Shown: positions 47,121 to 57,038 of the stretch, piece after piece
Layout of the letters: every line of letters starts with the position of its first letter
How positions within the stretch are numbered: position 1 is the first letter of the stretch
Source: an uncultured Candidatus Saccharibacteria bacterium
Lineage (GTDB): Bacteria; Patescibacteriota; Minisyncoccia; Phycocordibacterales; UBA12445
DNA length: 64,000 nt
Assembly (NCBI GenBank): GCA_964531375.1
Contig: CAZHDO010000003.1
Coordinates: 17,983 to 81,982, forward strand
Direction of reading: 5' to 3'
Notes under the pieces: model-generated
What the model was told of the DNA's origin: nothing
Database searches by the model: none
What the model saw: only the letters and a program-made list of their open reading frames with translations
Made by a program: the position numbers and the translations under genes

Positions 47121-47434
47121 ATTGAGTACTTTTTCCAATGCTGAAATACTCAGATGTTTAAAAAGATAGCTTAAATTAGAGGAATTATTTTAGGATCAAT
47201 ACCGATATAATCTTTCATGTTTACAGTAAACTGAAATGGTATCCCCCGTCTACAAAATGGTGTTGCGTTCGAAGTATTCCGATTGATAACATTTTTTTAA
47301 ATTATATTGATTAAAAACAACAACATTTTAAGATTAATGTAAAATCGACTTATTAGCAATACACAAAACAACTGTAATCTAAAATAAAAAACAGGGGCAT
47401 CGTAAAGATACCCCCAGAAGCACACATTTAATAA

Positions 47435-48301
47435 TTAAATACCATGGAAAGTGCGAACTTTATCTAAATAGTGAGTTTGACTTGCGATTGCTCCTTTTTC
47501 GCCTTCCCTGTCTCTTCCTGAACGAACTTCAATATTCACATACGGGATACGCTTCCTCGCTGTATAATTTGACAAAGAACCTTTCGAACCATCATCAATG
47601 CGCTCATATACAACATTCAATCTCGATTTCTTGTAGAAATTAATCTCCTTAGTAAACTTACCTGACGTTTTATCTTCGCCAGAAAGCCAAATCAAATTCT
47701 TCTCATCAGTATCAAGCGAGGACTCCACACAAATCTCTTTTTTCTTTTTAAGATTTGTGATTCCAAAATCTCCACGGGGATTGTTGTTGTGTAGCGCAAT
47801 TAATACTTCATCTCTTCTGTTTTTTCCAGAAAAAATAACAGAAAGGACTCTGTTTGCAAGTGGCCAATATGGACCATCCTCATAAAAAATTCTGTTCGGA
47901 TCTTGATGTGTCTGAGCGTGTGCCCCAAAGTCATACAAATTACGAAACTCCCCATTTTCGAAAGCAAGCAGAACACCACCGTCTTTAATTGCTCTGAGTC
48001 CAACATCAAAAGCAATATTCTCTGAATCATGACAAACGATAATTCTAATGTCTTTAGAACCCATTTTTGAAAAAACACTAAACTTAAACTTCTTTTTTTC
48101 TAAAACAAACACCTCACTTTTGAAATCAATTTTGTTTTTTACAATGAATTCGAAATTACCTCGGTTCATCATATCTGCATCCCTCGACGACTCATCGAGT
48201 TTTACATGATTTCCATTGTCGCAAGAGACAAGAAAAAAGGCACTCAAAATAACTATCGCTAATAAAAAGCGACGCGAAACATTAGAGGAATAATTTTTCA
48301 T
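47435..48301 (-). CDS. Lipoprotein of unknown function (288 aa)
   Basis: It has a signal peptide with an LVSC lipobox. Confidence 0.5.
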   Translation of the reverse strand: MKNYSSNVSRRFLLAIVILSAFFLVSCDNGNHVKLDESSRDADMMNRGNFEFIVKNKIDFKSEVFVLEKKKFKFSVFSKMGSKDIRIIVCHDSENIAFDVGLRAIKDGGVLLAFENGEFRNLYDFGAHAQTHQDPNRIFYEDGPYWPLANRVLSVIFSGKNRRDEVLIALHNNNPRGDFGITNLKKKKEICVESSLDTDEKNLIWLSGEDKTSGKFTKEINFYKKSRLNVVYERIDDGSKGSLSNYTARKRIPYVNIEVRSGRDREGEKGAIASQTHYLDKVRTFHGI

Positions 48302-48389
48302 AAACTACGCTCCGTTTGGTATTAAGTATTACAAATTTTTAAAGTACTTCCCTATTTTTAAATCTAACATTCTCAAATAATTTTGCAAT

Positions 48390-48422
48390 AAAAAACCGCT
48401 TTTGTTGCGGTCTTTTCTTTTG
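48390..48422. terminator. Bidirectional intrinsic terminator (AACCGC-ttttgtt-GCGGT flanked by an A-run and a T-run)
   Basis: It lies immediately downstream of the stop of the minus-strand gene 48430-48663. Confidence 0.5.
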
Positions 48423-48429
48423 ATAAATA

Positions 48430-48663
48430 CTATTTGGCTAAATTTTTAAGTTCTTCTTGATACTTACTTGCCACTTGCATTACAGCGGCCATCTGATCAA
48501 GTCCTTTTTCTTTCATAAGCACTTGCGCCTCTTCTGCTATCTTTTGAAAGAAGGTCGGGTTCTTTATAACCATATTCATAAGCATCTCTTTCTGATCCTC
48601 AGGAACAGGTGAATCTTTAAGCGCCTTCTTCAACATCTGCTTCATAAAAAATTCTTTTATCAT
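48430..48663 (-). CDS. Hypothetical protein (77 aa)
   Basis: ORF only. Confidence 0.35.
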   Translation of the reverse strand: MIKEFFMKQMLKKALKDSPVPEDQKEMLMNMVIKNPTFFQKIAEEAQVLMKEKGLDQMAAVMQVASKYQEELKNLAK

Positions 48664-48861
48664 AGAGAGAATATTACATTAACTCACAAAAAATCTTAAG
48701 CTTGACTAATATTATAACATAATGTAGTTTAAAAATATATTTCAGTACCTTAAATCAAATCACAAAAGGAGTGTTCATGTCCTCAGACCCGTTCTTTTTC
48801 ATTAAAAAATTTTTGTCGTTCGTTGGTAAAAATCTAGACAACAAGAAGGTGAAAAAGATTA

Positions 48862-49128
48862 TTGCAAAACCATATTATTTCCAAAATTCAAAAAAGAAGA
48901 GGTGCAAAAAAAATGGGGAAGGTTATTAACCTTAAAGACGTGGATGTTGAGAAAATGAGAAGGGCCACAAGCATCTCTGAAACCAGAATACAGAGCGCCT
49001 TTGCACGAGATAATAAAATCGTGCCTACGAGCGATCTAAAGACAGCGTTTGAGTGTTATAAAAACGCAACAACGCCAGCGAGTAAGGATTTGGCAATCAG
49101 GCAAATTGCCGCTTTTTTTAAAAAATGA
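48862..49128 (+). CDS. Hypothetical protein (88 aa)
   Basis: An ORF with a downstream terminator. Confidence 0.35.
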   Translation: MQNHIISKIQKRRGAKKMGKVINLKDVDVEKMRRATSISETRIQSAFARDNKIVPTSDLKTAFECYKNATTPASKDLAIRQIAAFFKK

Positions 49129-49142
49129 TTTTATGCAGCAAA

Positions 49143-49180
49143 ACCCGCCTCTCGAATTAACGAGGGCGGGTTTATTTATT
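49143..49180 (+). terminator. Rho-independent terminator
   Basis: CCCGCCTCTCG-aattaa-CGAGGGCGGG is followed by tttatttattt. Confidence 0.55.
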
Positions 49181-49216
49181 TATAGCGGGCAAGGTTTAAA
49201 ATTAAAACAGACGCAA

Positions 49217-49249
49217 GAAACGTCGTTTCCAAAAAGGAAACGACGTTTC
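49217..49249. other. Perfect 14-bp inverted repeat with a 5-nt loop (GAAACGTCGTTTCC-aaaaa-GGAAACGACGTTTC)
   Basis: It lies in the convergent intergenic region just downstream of hppA. No U-run follows. Confidence 0.4.
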
Positions 49250-49272
49250 GCGCGTTGCAAGATTTATTAAGT

Positions 49273-51264
49273 TTACTTAACTAAAAACTTTGCAATCAAA
49301 AGGGCAACAATGTTTGCGACTTTAATCATAGGGTTAATAGCTGGTCCAGCTGTGTCCTTGTAAGGATCACCAACGGTGTCTCCTGTAACAGCGGCCTGAT
49401 GAGCAAAGGATTTCTTTCCTCCATAATTTCCTTCCTCGATATACTTCTTGGCATTATCCCAAGCAGCACCACCTGAGGTCATAGAAAGACCCAAAAAGAT
49501 ACCTGTTACAATAAGACCAACAAGAAGTCCACCAAGTGCTTGTGCTCCCAACAAGAAACCGACAGCAATTGGGAAAACAATTGGTATAAGTGCTGGTATA
49601 ATCATCTCTTTTAATGCTGCTTTTGTAACGATATCAACACACTGGGCATAGTCTGGCTTACCTGTTCCATCCATAATCCCCTTAATCTCTCTAAACTGTC
49701 TTCGAACCTCCTCCACAACAGATCCAGCAGCTCTTCCAACAGCCTCCATAGCAATAGAAGCAAAAAGATAAGGCATCATACCTCCAATAAATAAACCGAT
49801 CAAAACATTCACATTACTTAGATCAAAAACAACTGTCTGTCCCCCATTTACAGCTGAAATTTCTTGAGTATACGAAGCGAAGAGAACCAAGGCTGCAAGT
49901 CCGGCAGAAGCTATAGCATAACCTTTTGTAACAGCTTTAGTTGTGTTTCCGACAGCATCTAATGGGTCTGTAATATTTCTAACTGATTCTGGTAATCCAG
50001 CCATTTCAGCAATACCACCAGCATTATCTGTAATAGGACCAAAAGCATCAATTGCAATAATTATTCCAGCCAACGAAAGCATACTTAGAGTTGCGAGAGC
50101 AATACCATAAAGACCAGCAAAGAAATATGATCCGTAAATAGCGGCTGTAATTACTAATATTGGCAATGCTGTTGCCTGCATAGAGACAGCCAATCCTGTA
50201 ATTATGTTTGTACCATGTCCAGTTGTGGAAGCTTTAGCAATTCTTTGAACAGGACTAAACATTTTTGAAGTATAGTACTCTGTAATAACAACCATTAATA
50301 TTGTTACAGCAAGACCAATAACTAAAGGCCAAAAAATATTAAGACCTTCTGGTATCGTAACCAAACTATTTACATTTGAAATGTAATAGAAAAATGCAAG
50401 CTGTAAAATTATCGTTGCAGCAAGTCCCTTGTAAAGGGCGGCCATAATTCCACCAGTCAATCTTACAAACAAAGAACCAATTATTGATGCAAGAATCGAA
50501 ACCGAACCAATGAGAAGTGGTAATTCAAGAATCATCTTATCTCCAGGAAAAGAGATATTTCCCAAAATCATTACTGACAAGACAGAGACGACATATGTTT
50601 CAAAAAGATCAGCTGCCATACCAGCATCGTCACCCACATTGTCTCCCACGTTATCTGCAATAACCGCTGGATTTCTTGGATCATCTTCTGGAATACCAGC
50701 CTCAACTTTTCCAACTAAGTCAGCACCAACATCTGCACCCTTTGTAAAAATCCCTCCACCAAGACGAGCAAAAACAGAAATAAGAGAAGCGCCAAAACCA
50801 AGACCAATTAATGAATTTACGTCACCTGCATATTTATAGAATAATGAAAGAGAAAGAAGTGCTAGACCTACAACAAAAAATCCAGTAACAGCACCACCCT
50901 TAAACCCAAGGGAGAAAGCTTCGGAAAGTCCCTTCTTGGCCTCTTCAGCAACGCGTGAATTTGCCTTAACAGCAACAATCATTCCGATGTATCCTGCAAG
51001 CATTGAAGACAAGGCTCCAACAACGAAACCGAGAGCAATCATTCTTCCAAGCCAAATTGCAAGCAATATGGTAATAACAAAACCAACCCCAAAAACAGTT
51101 TTATTTTGTCTTGAAAGGTAAGCTCTCGCACCATCCTCAATAGCCTGCTGAATTGACTTCATTTTGTCGTTTCCAGCCGACTTCTTCATAACACTACTTA
51201 CCAAAAAAGCTCCATACAACAAAGAAATTATGGAAGCGACCATCGAAATCGTAAAAATAGACAT
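49273..51264 (-). CDS. hppA: Membrane-bound proton/sodium-translocating pyrophosphatase
   Basis: It has [19 protein letters not shown] and [21 protein letters not shown] signatures and multiple TM helices. Confidence 0.9.
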   Translation of the reverse strand: MSIFTISMVASIISLLYGAFLVSSVMKKSAGNDKMKSIQQAIEDGARAYLSRQNKTVFGVGFVITILLAIWLGRMIALGFVVGALSSMLAGYIGMIVAVKANSRVAEEAKKGLSEAFSLGFKGGAVTGFFVVGLALLSLSLFYKYAGDVNSLIGLGFGASLISVFARLGGGIFTKGADVGADLVGKVEAGIPEDDPRNPAVIADNVGDNVGDDAGMAADLFETYVVSVLSVMILGNISFPGDKMILELPLLIGSVSILASIIGSLFVRLTGGIMAALYKGLAATIILQLAFFYYISNVNSLVTIPEGLNIFWPLVIGLAVTILMVVITEYYTSKMFSPVQRIAKASTTGHGTNIITGLAVSMQATALPILVITAAIYGSYFFAGLYGIALATLSMLSLAGIIIAIDAFGPITDNAGGIAEMAGLPESVRNITDPLDAVGNTTKAVTKGYAIASAGLAALVLFASYTQEISAVNGGQTVVFDLSNVNVLIGLFIGGMMPYLFASIAMEAVGRAAGSVVEEVRRQFREIKGIMDGTGKPDYAQCVDIVTKAALKEMIIPALIPIVFPIAVGFLLGAQALGGLLVGLIVTGIFLGLSMTSGGAAWDNAKKYIEEGNYGGKKSFAHQAAVTGDTVGDPYKDTAGPAINPMIKVANIVALLIAKFLVK

Positions 51265-51356
51265 ATATTAGTTATATATAAACCTTAATAATAAACTTTT
51301 AATGTGAGGCCTATTATATAGATAAATTTAGCTTTTAGCAAGGAAAAGCTTTATTT

Positions 51357-52373
51357 TTAAACCTGTATTAAATTTTCGTTTCTACCCTCAACAAACGCCC
51401 TAATATTACAAATGGTAATCTTTAGAATCTCCTCCTCAGCTTCTTTTGTAAAAAAAGCAATATGCGGAGTGACAATTACTTGTGGAAGATCAATTAGTAT
51501 ATGGTCTTCGTACAACACCTTGAAATCTTTTATTTTCTCATCTCGATTATTTATAAGCTGAGATTCTTCTTTGAGTTGTCTTTCCGCTTCAAGCACATCC
51601 AAACCTGCACCAGCAAGATCACCACCCTTAATAGCATTAAGCAATGCTTCTGTTTCAACTATCTCTCCCCTTGCAGTATTTATAAGATACGCGCCCTTTT
51701 TTATTTTTCCAATATTATTTTTATTTATTAGATGATATGTGCTTTTATTAAATAAAGTATGAATCGAAATAATATCAGAACCAGCCAAAACTTCCTCTAA
51801 AGATGTGCATTTCGTACAAGTCTCTGAAGCGAACTTTTCATCAGGCGCAATATCATAAGCAAGAATATTCATTCCAAAACCCTTCGCCATCCTAATTACA
51901 TTTTTACCAATCTTCCCCATTCCAATAATGCCAAGTGTCTTTCCATAAAGATCAAAACCTTCAAGATTCGAAATATTAAAATCAGAACCCTCTCGGAGTT
52001 GATTATAAGCAGGGTATATCTTCCTAGACAAAGAAAGAATTAAGGCGAACGTAAATTCAGCCACAGTATGAGTCCCATAGGAAGGAACGTTAGCAACCCT
52101 TATGCCCTTTTCCGTCGCGTACGAAATATCAACATGATCATAACCGGTTGACCTTGTGGCAATAAACTTAAGACTTGGAAGCTGTTCAATAACGTCTTTT
52201 TTAATTTCAGAATTTATAAAAATAGAAATAATATCAGCGTCTTTTGCTTCACTAATATTTTCAATACTTAATTTTTTATCAGTAAAAACAAATTCTAAGT
52301 TTGGAATATTTTTAATTAACCCACCAAGCATAGCCCTATCCTTGTCACTTGTCTCGAAAAATACAGATTTCAT
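51357..52373 (-). CDS. D-isomer-specific 2-hydroxyacid dehydrogenase (NAD-dependent)
   Basis: It has a Rossmann motif GIIGMGKIGKNV and catalytic R/E/H positions typical of the family. Confidence 0.75.
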   Translation of the reverse strand: MKSVFFETSDKDRAMLGGLIKNIPNLEFVFTDKKLSIENISEAKDADIISIFINSEIKKDVIEQLPSLKFIATRSTGYDHVDISYATEKGIRVANVPSYGTHTVAEFTFALILSLSRKIYPAYNQLREGSDFNISNLEGFDLYGKTLGIIGMGKIGKNVIRMAKGFGMNILAYDIAPDEKFASETCTKCTSLEEVLAGSDIISIHTLFNKSTYHLINKNNIGKIKKGAYLINTARGEIVETEALLNAIKGGDLAGAGLDVLEAERQLKEESQLINNRDEKIKDFKVLYEDHILIDLPQVIVTPHIAFFTKEAEEEILKITICNIRAFVEGRNENLIQV

Positions 52374-52515
52374 TTTATTTTTTAGTTATTAACACCTTGA
52401 TTATACATTATTTCCAAACAAAAACCCAAAATATTTAACTTGATTTCCGGTCGAAAATGTATCATTAAATTATCCACTTTTGCATTTTATTAAAATAATA
52501 TATAGTAGTGTTCTT

Positions 52516-53727
52516 ATGAAAGAAACAATAAAAAAAATAGTAGCAAAAGAGATATTAGACTCAAGAGGTAACCCAACAGTTAGCGTTACAATCTCATCAG
52601 AAAATTTTGAAGCAAGCACAGATACTCCATCCGGAGCGAGTACTGGAAAATACGAAGCAGTCGAACTTAGAGATGGCGATAAAAGTCGTTTTAATGGCAA
52701 GGGTGTGCTTAAAGCAGTAGAAAATATTAACAAAACAATAGCATCAGCGCTGATTGGAAAAGATCCTCTTAATCAAGAAGAGATTGACAGGATTATGTTA
52801 AGCCTGGATGGAACTCCAAATAAATCCAATCTTGGAGGAAATGCAACCATTGCCGTAAGTATTGCAGTATTAAAATTAGCTGCAAAAATCTCAAATAAAC
52901 CTCTTTACGAATACATAAAGGAAACTGCAAAAATAAAACCTTCAAGGAAATTTCCATATTTACAAATGAACCTTGTGAATGGCGGACAACATGCATCATC
53001 ATCACTAGCTTTTCAGGAATATCACACAATCGCTGACACAGAAAACCTAAACGAAGCTATTGAAAATATCTACAGAGTGCAAAATGAACTTAAAAAAACA
53101 CTAAAAGCAAATACAGGCGACGAAGGCGGATTTGTACCACAAATGTCGGAGATAGAAGAGCCATTAGTTGCTTTTAATAAAGCAGTTGAGACGGTTGGTC
53201 TTACTGGAAAGGTAAAATATTCCCTAGATGTCGCGTCTTCATCTTTTTTTGAGGATGGTCTTTACGATATTGGAAATAAGAAAATTACAGCTGAAGAGCT
53301 TTTGTCTATTTACAAAGACCTTTGCAATAAATATCCAATAATTTCAATTGAAGATCCTTTCAATGAAGATGATTTTGAAATGTTCGCAAAATTAAAAAAG
53401 GAAATTCCTAGCATAATTGTTATTGGTGATGACCTAACAGTTACCAACAAATCAAAACTTCAAGACGCGATCAAGTTGAATAGCGTCGGCGGTTTAATAA
53501 TCAAACCAAACCAGATTGGCACAATGACAGAAGTTTTTGAAACAATGAAACTAGCCAGAGACAATAATATCAATTGTGTGGTAAGTCACAGAAGCGGAGA
53601 AACAAATGATGATTTTATCGCTGACCTCGCCATTGGAACTGGGGCTTATGCGGTAAAATTTGGAGCCTTACAAAGAGGAGAGAGAATTGCTAAATACAAC
53701 AGATTAAGTTCGATTATAAATTACTAA
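52516..53727 (+). CDS. eno: Enolase
   Basis: SRGNPTVSVTI...SGASTGKYEA and a C-terminal TIM barrel. The likely start is the ATG at 52516 (MKETIKKIVAKEILD). The track ORF begins at 52480. Confidence 0.9.
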   Translation: MKETIKKIVAKEILDSRGNPTVSVTISSENFEASTDTPSGASTGKYEAVELRDGDKSRFNGKGVLKAVENINKTIASALIGKDPLNQEEIDRIMLSLDGTPNKSNLGGNATIAVSIAVLKLAAKISNKPLYEYIKETAKIKPSRKFPYLQMNLVNGGQHASSSLAFQEYHTIADTENLNEAIENIYRVQNELKKTLKANTGDEGGFVPQMSEIEEPLVAFNKAVETVGLTGKVKYSLDVASSSFFEDGLYDIGNKKITAEELLSIYKDLCNKYPIISIEDPFNEDDFEMFAKLKKEIPSIIVIGDDLTVTNKSKLQDAIKLNSVGGLIIKPNQIGTMTEVFETMKLARDNNINCVVSHRSGETNDDFIADLAIGTGAYAVKFGALQRGERIAKYNRLSSIINY

Positions 53728-53737
53728 TTTAAAAAAA

Positions 53738-54544
53738 ATGAAAAAGGAATACTCAAGATCCTACACAGTTGCAACCATAGGACCAGCTTCAGGTGAAGTG
53801 GAAACTTTAAAAAAAATGATTGCCCACAGAATGGACTTAGCAAGACTTAATTTTTCTCACGGGACACACGAAACACACGCGAAATATATAGCAGCTATTA
53901 GAGAAGCATCAAAACTTAATGAGAGATATATTCCTATCATACAAGACCTTTCTGGACCAAGAGAAAAAACAGATGATGGTCACCAACTAAACAAAGAATT
54001 AGAATCTGTAATAACAGATAAAGACAAAGAGGATCTTAAATTTGGACTGGAGCAAAACGTTGATTATGTGGCGCTTTCCTATGTATCAAGCGGAAAGGAT
54101 GTTATAGAACTTCGTGACCTAATGGAAAAATATGGAAAGGTAAAACCAATCATTGCAAAAATAGAAAGACCAGAAGCGATACCAAACCTAGACGATATAA
54201 TAGAAAAAACAGATGCGGTAATGGTCGCCAGAGGTGATCTTGGAAATTCCATGCCGCTTGAACAGTTGCCATTCCTTCAGGCAATGATTGTAAAAAAATG
54301 CAACAAAGCTCAAAAGCCTGTTATTGTTGCAACACAGATGATGTTATCGATGGTTAATTCCCCAACCCCGACACGAGCCGAGGTTACAGATGTTTCAAAC
54401 GCCATTCTACAAGGTGCAGATGGTGTTATGCTCTCAGAAGAAACGACAATTGGAAAATATCCCGTCCAAACAGTTGAAATGATGGAAAAAATTGTTCTTG
54501 AGGCCGAGAAATATACAAATGGGAGATTGCCAAATAAATTATAA
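53738..54544 (+). CDS. pyk: Minimal pyruvate kinase (268 aa; A-domain core only, with no B or C-terminal domains)
   Basis: It has RMDLARLNFSHG, MVARGDLG and MLSEET active-site motifs. The roughly 100-aa lid and the 100-aa C-terminal regulatory domain are absent. Confidence 0.65.
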   Translation: MKKEYSRSYTVATIGPASGEVETLKKMIAHRMDLARLNFSHGTHETHAKYIAAIREASKLNERYIPIIQDLSGPREKTDDGHQLNKELESVITDKDKEDLKFGLEQNVDYVALSYVSSGKDVIELRDLMEKYGKVKPIIAKIERPEAIPNLDDIIEKTDAVMVARGDLGNSMPLEQLPFLQAMIVKKCNKAQKPVIVATQMMLSMVNSPTPTRAEVTDVSNAILQGADGVMLSEETTIGKYPVQTVEMMEKIVLEAEKYTNGRLPNKL

Positions 54545-54664
54545 AATAATATTTACTTGGGGATAACTTTTGGACAGTATTTTTTACAAGGAGTAAAATA
54601 TATGTAAGGTTCCTAGAATGGTACCGGTCGGGATAATTTTATAAATAAATTTAAATAAAAAAAT

Positions 54665-54862
54665 ATGCAAAAATTAGCTTGGATTTTAACAACAATTGGG
54701 GCATTGAATTGGGGATTAATTGGAATAGGTGCGATAATGACGACTAATCTAAATATAGTAAACTTACTGCTTGGCAACTACCCAATGATAGAGGTTTCTG
54801 TTTATATTTTAGTGGGCATAGCAGCTCTTATTAGAATTCCTTCCTGGAAATCAATTGAATAA
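54665..54862 (+). CDS. DUF378-family small membrane protein
   Basis: 65 aa with two TM segments. LAWILTTIGALNWGLIGI is typical of DUF378. Confidence 0.5.
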   Translation: MQKLAWILTTIGALNWGLIGIGAIMTTNLNIVNLLLGNYPMIEVSVYILVGIAALIRIPSWKSIE

Positions 54863-54886
54863 TTGAGTCTTTGTATTAGTTTTAAA

Positions 54887-54918
54887 ATACCGCTTTCTTA
54901 AGAAGGCGGTATTTTTTA
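54887..54918 (+). terminator. Rho-independent terminator
   Basis: ATACCGC-tttcttaagaag-GCGGTAT is followed by tttttt. Confidence 0.55.
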
Positions 54919-54949
54919 CAAAAAGGAATGACCGCAATAAATGCGGTCA
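54918..54949 (-). terminator. Rho-independent terminator on the minus strand
   Basis: TGACCGC-atttat-TGCGGTCA is followed by ttcctttttgt on the minus strand, downstream of the 54969-55523 gene. Confidence 0.5.
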
Positions 54950-54968
54950 CAATAAACTGGCTCTCATC

Positions 54969-55523
54969 TCAGTGTTCAGTCTCCAAGATTTCGATAACTT
55001 CCAAAATCCTTTTTTTGAGAACAGAAACAAACTCAAGCCTGTAAGATATTTTTTTGAAAGAAGCATCAAGATACTTCACAGTCTCACTTTCCAAAAAAGA
55101 ATGGAGGTATTGTCCAAATCTGCCATAGGCATTTGTTCCAATACTACCATCGGCCCTACTGTACAGGATTGAATTAAAAAACCCAGGACTTGCCTTTATT
55201 GCACCGCAAGCTGACTCGAATTTTTTGCGTTCATCAGACACAACATCGCACACATCAGGTACCAAAATGATGTCGTTCACATACAAGGATTCTCCAATTG
55301 TTTTTTTTGAAGACCCGCGCGCGATTACCCAAGTAGAACTTTTCCTCTCGTGAAGATGAAGTCTTTTGTACTCCATAGTCTCCAAAACGTCTCCATTAAG
55401 TTTATCGACTGTTGTGGAAACAGGTTGACATACAATGTTGTGAATTTTTATCTTACCGACTTCGTCGAGTAATGATAAAAAAAGCAACTCAACCAAAACA
55501 TCTGAACCAACATAACTCCTCAT
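54969..55523 (-). CDS. Hypothetical protein (184 aa)
   Basis: ORF only. Confidence 0.35.
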   Translation of the reverse strand: MRSYVGSDVLVELLFLSLLDEVGKIKIHNIVCQPVSTTVDKLNGDVLETMEYKRLHLHERKSSTWVIARGSSKKTIGESLYVNDIILVPDVCDVVSDERKKFESACGAIKASPGFFNSILYSRADGSIGTNAYGRFGQYLHSFLESETVKYLDASFKKISYRLEFVSVLKKRILEVIEILETEH

Positions 55524-55625
55524 TGTTAGCTTCCTTTCAAAATTTTTTAAATGTACAAATTTATTTCCTAATAATTATGAGAGTATTTTATTTTCAAGTC
55601 AATTTAAAACTGTGGATTTCTATTA

Positions 55626-56015
55626 TTAGTTAAATTTAATTTTAAAATTATACATCCCCATACCACACAAACCCTGAATTTCGGAACCAATATTTTGCGC
55701 TGGGATATCAACCAAAGTCTCTCCGTTTAAAGGAAGATTTTTTCTAAAATTAATAGCTGGAATAGATAAAGCTGATGAGCAATCATATGTGCTATTTGTT
55801 ATTACCTTTACCACGGTTGGAACACCAGCTTTTGCCAAAGTTTCTCTTGGCGAATAACCGCCCTTTGCATTAATCTCTATTATTTGTTTACCATCTACCA
55901 CACTAACATTATTGCTATCTTTTATATTAACGGGGTCTATTTTCCCAGGAGAAAAACGTAAAGCAAAAAAAATTAGAAATACTGCTAAGATTGTGGAAAT
56001 AATTATTGGTTTCAT
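55626..56015 (-). CDS. Secreted cupredoxin-like protein (putative copper-binding)
   Basis: It has a signal/TM N-terminus, and its C-terminal LCGMGMY with Cys/Met ligand candidates resembles Cupredoxin_1 proteins of cop loci. Confidence 0.4.
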   Translation of the reverse strand: MKPIIISTILAVFLIFFALRFSPGKIDPVNIKDSNNVSVVDGKQIIEINAKGGYSPRETLAKAGVPTVVKVITNSTYDCSSALSIPAINFRKNLPLNGETLVDIPAQNIGSEIQGLCGMGMYNFKIKFN

Positions 56016-56026
56016 TATTTTAGAAA

Positions 56027-57037
56027 TTAAAAAACAGGTGGTATTAATCCAATTACCACCAAACTATTTATAATATTAAACAACGACATGGTTATAATTA
56101 TAATCCCAATGGTCTTAAAAAAAATACTTTGTTTCTTTCCACTTTTAATTCGGTATGAGCTAAAACCAATCAACACCAAGACTGGTAATGTTCCTAACGC
56201 GAACATGAACATAGTTAACGCACCGCTAAAAAAACTCCCAGTACTGAGTGCATAAAACTGCATTGATTGAGTAAAACCGCAAGGTAAGAAAAAAGTTAAA
56301 ACCCCAACAACAAAAGGCGTAACTCTATTATTAAAATCCGAGACTAACAAAACTTTTTTTGATAATAATTTTGGCATAGATATTTGAAATCTTTTAGCGA
56401 AATCAAAAACACCAAGAAGGTTTACACCCATGAAAAACATAACCAAACCAACAGAGAGTATCATTAAGAAATTCATTGTTTCACTAATTTGAAACGTAGC
56501 ACCCAATTGCCCAATAACACCACCTAAAAAGAAAAAAGAAATTAACCGTCCTAAGTGAAATAGAATTTGTGGCATAACCTTATCTCCTCCTTGAGAGAAA
56601 GTAGCCGATAAAGAAAGAAGAAAACCGCCAACAACCGCCATGCAAGTAGAAAGTGAAGCTACAATACCAATCAAAAATATTGACCAGAAATTCATCTCCT
56701 TTACCGAAACCAAATTAGCAATTCCTGCTTTTTGAAGCAATATAAATAATGCAATAACAATAATGGCAACAGGAACAGAAATTTTAAAATCAGAATAATC
56801 TTTGTTAATATTTTTTTCTACCACAAAACCATATCCACGATCTGAAAAGAGGTTACTCAAAATAATAGCAATTTCCTTTTCATTTTTATTTCCGAAATTT
56901 GCCTCAATTTCCACAGAGTGTTCTATAAAATTCGGATCAATATTTTTTATTTCAGAAATCTTTTTTAACTCATCATCTATATGAATCATGCAAGACTTAC
57001 AATGAGTTCCGTTAATATAAAATTTATATTTTTTCAT
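56027..57037 (-). CDS. Membrane protein with an N-terminal heavy-metal-associated (HMA) domain and a DsbD/CcdA-like transmembrane region
   Basis: It has an HMA-like motif GTHCKSCMIHIDDE, 6 or more TM helices and conserved cysteines in the TM region. Confidence 0.55.
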   Translation of the reverse strand: MKKYKFYINGTHCKSCMIHIDDELKKISEIKNIDPNFIEHSVEIEANFGNKNEKEIAIILSNLFSDRGYGFVVEKNINKDYSDFKISVPVAIIVIALFILLQKAGIANLVSVKEMNFWSIFLIGIVASLSTCMAVVGGFLLSLSATFSQGGDKVMPQILFHLGRLISFFFLGGVIGQLGATFQISETMNFLMILSVGLVMFFMGVNLLGVFDFAKRFQISMPKLLSKKVLLVSDFNNRVTPFVVGVLTFFLPCGFTQSMQFYALSTGSFFSGALTMFMFALGTLPVLVLIGFSSYRIKSGKKQSIFFKTIGIIIITMSLFNIINSLVVIGLIPPVF

Positions 57038-57038
57038 A

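Noticed and set aside
46500-47434. tRNA or tmRNA in the ORF-free region, suggested by GTTCGAG/TTCGAA strings near 46531 and 47267
   Set aside because: No flanking T-stem complementarity, acceptor stem or CCA-proximal structure could be built around these strings. They appear to be chance T-loop-like hexamers.
22143-48700. Complete prophage
   Set aside because: Only integrase, replication and DNA-metabolism genes are identifiable. No terminase, portal, capsid, tail or lysis genes are recognisable among the ORFs. I called it an integrated element or island rather than a prophage.
53738-54544. Pyruvate kinase pseudogene
   Set aside because: The ORF is intact, with a proper start and stop and all core catalytic motifs. 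There are no flanking fragments of the missing domains. I treated it as a genuinely minimal enzyme rather than a decayed gene, and flagged it for checking.
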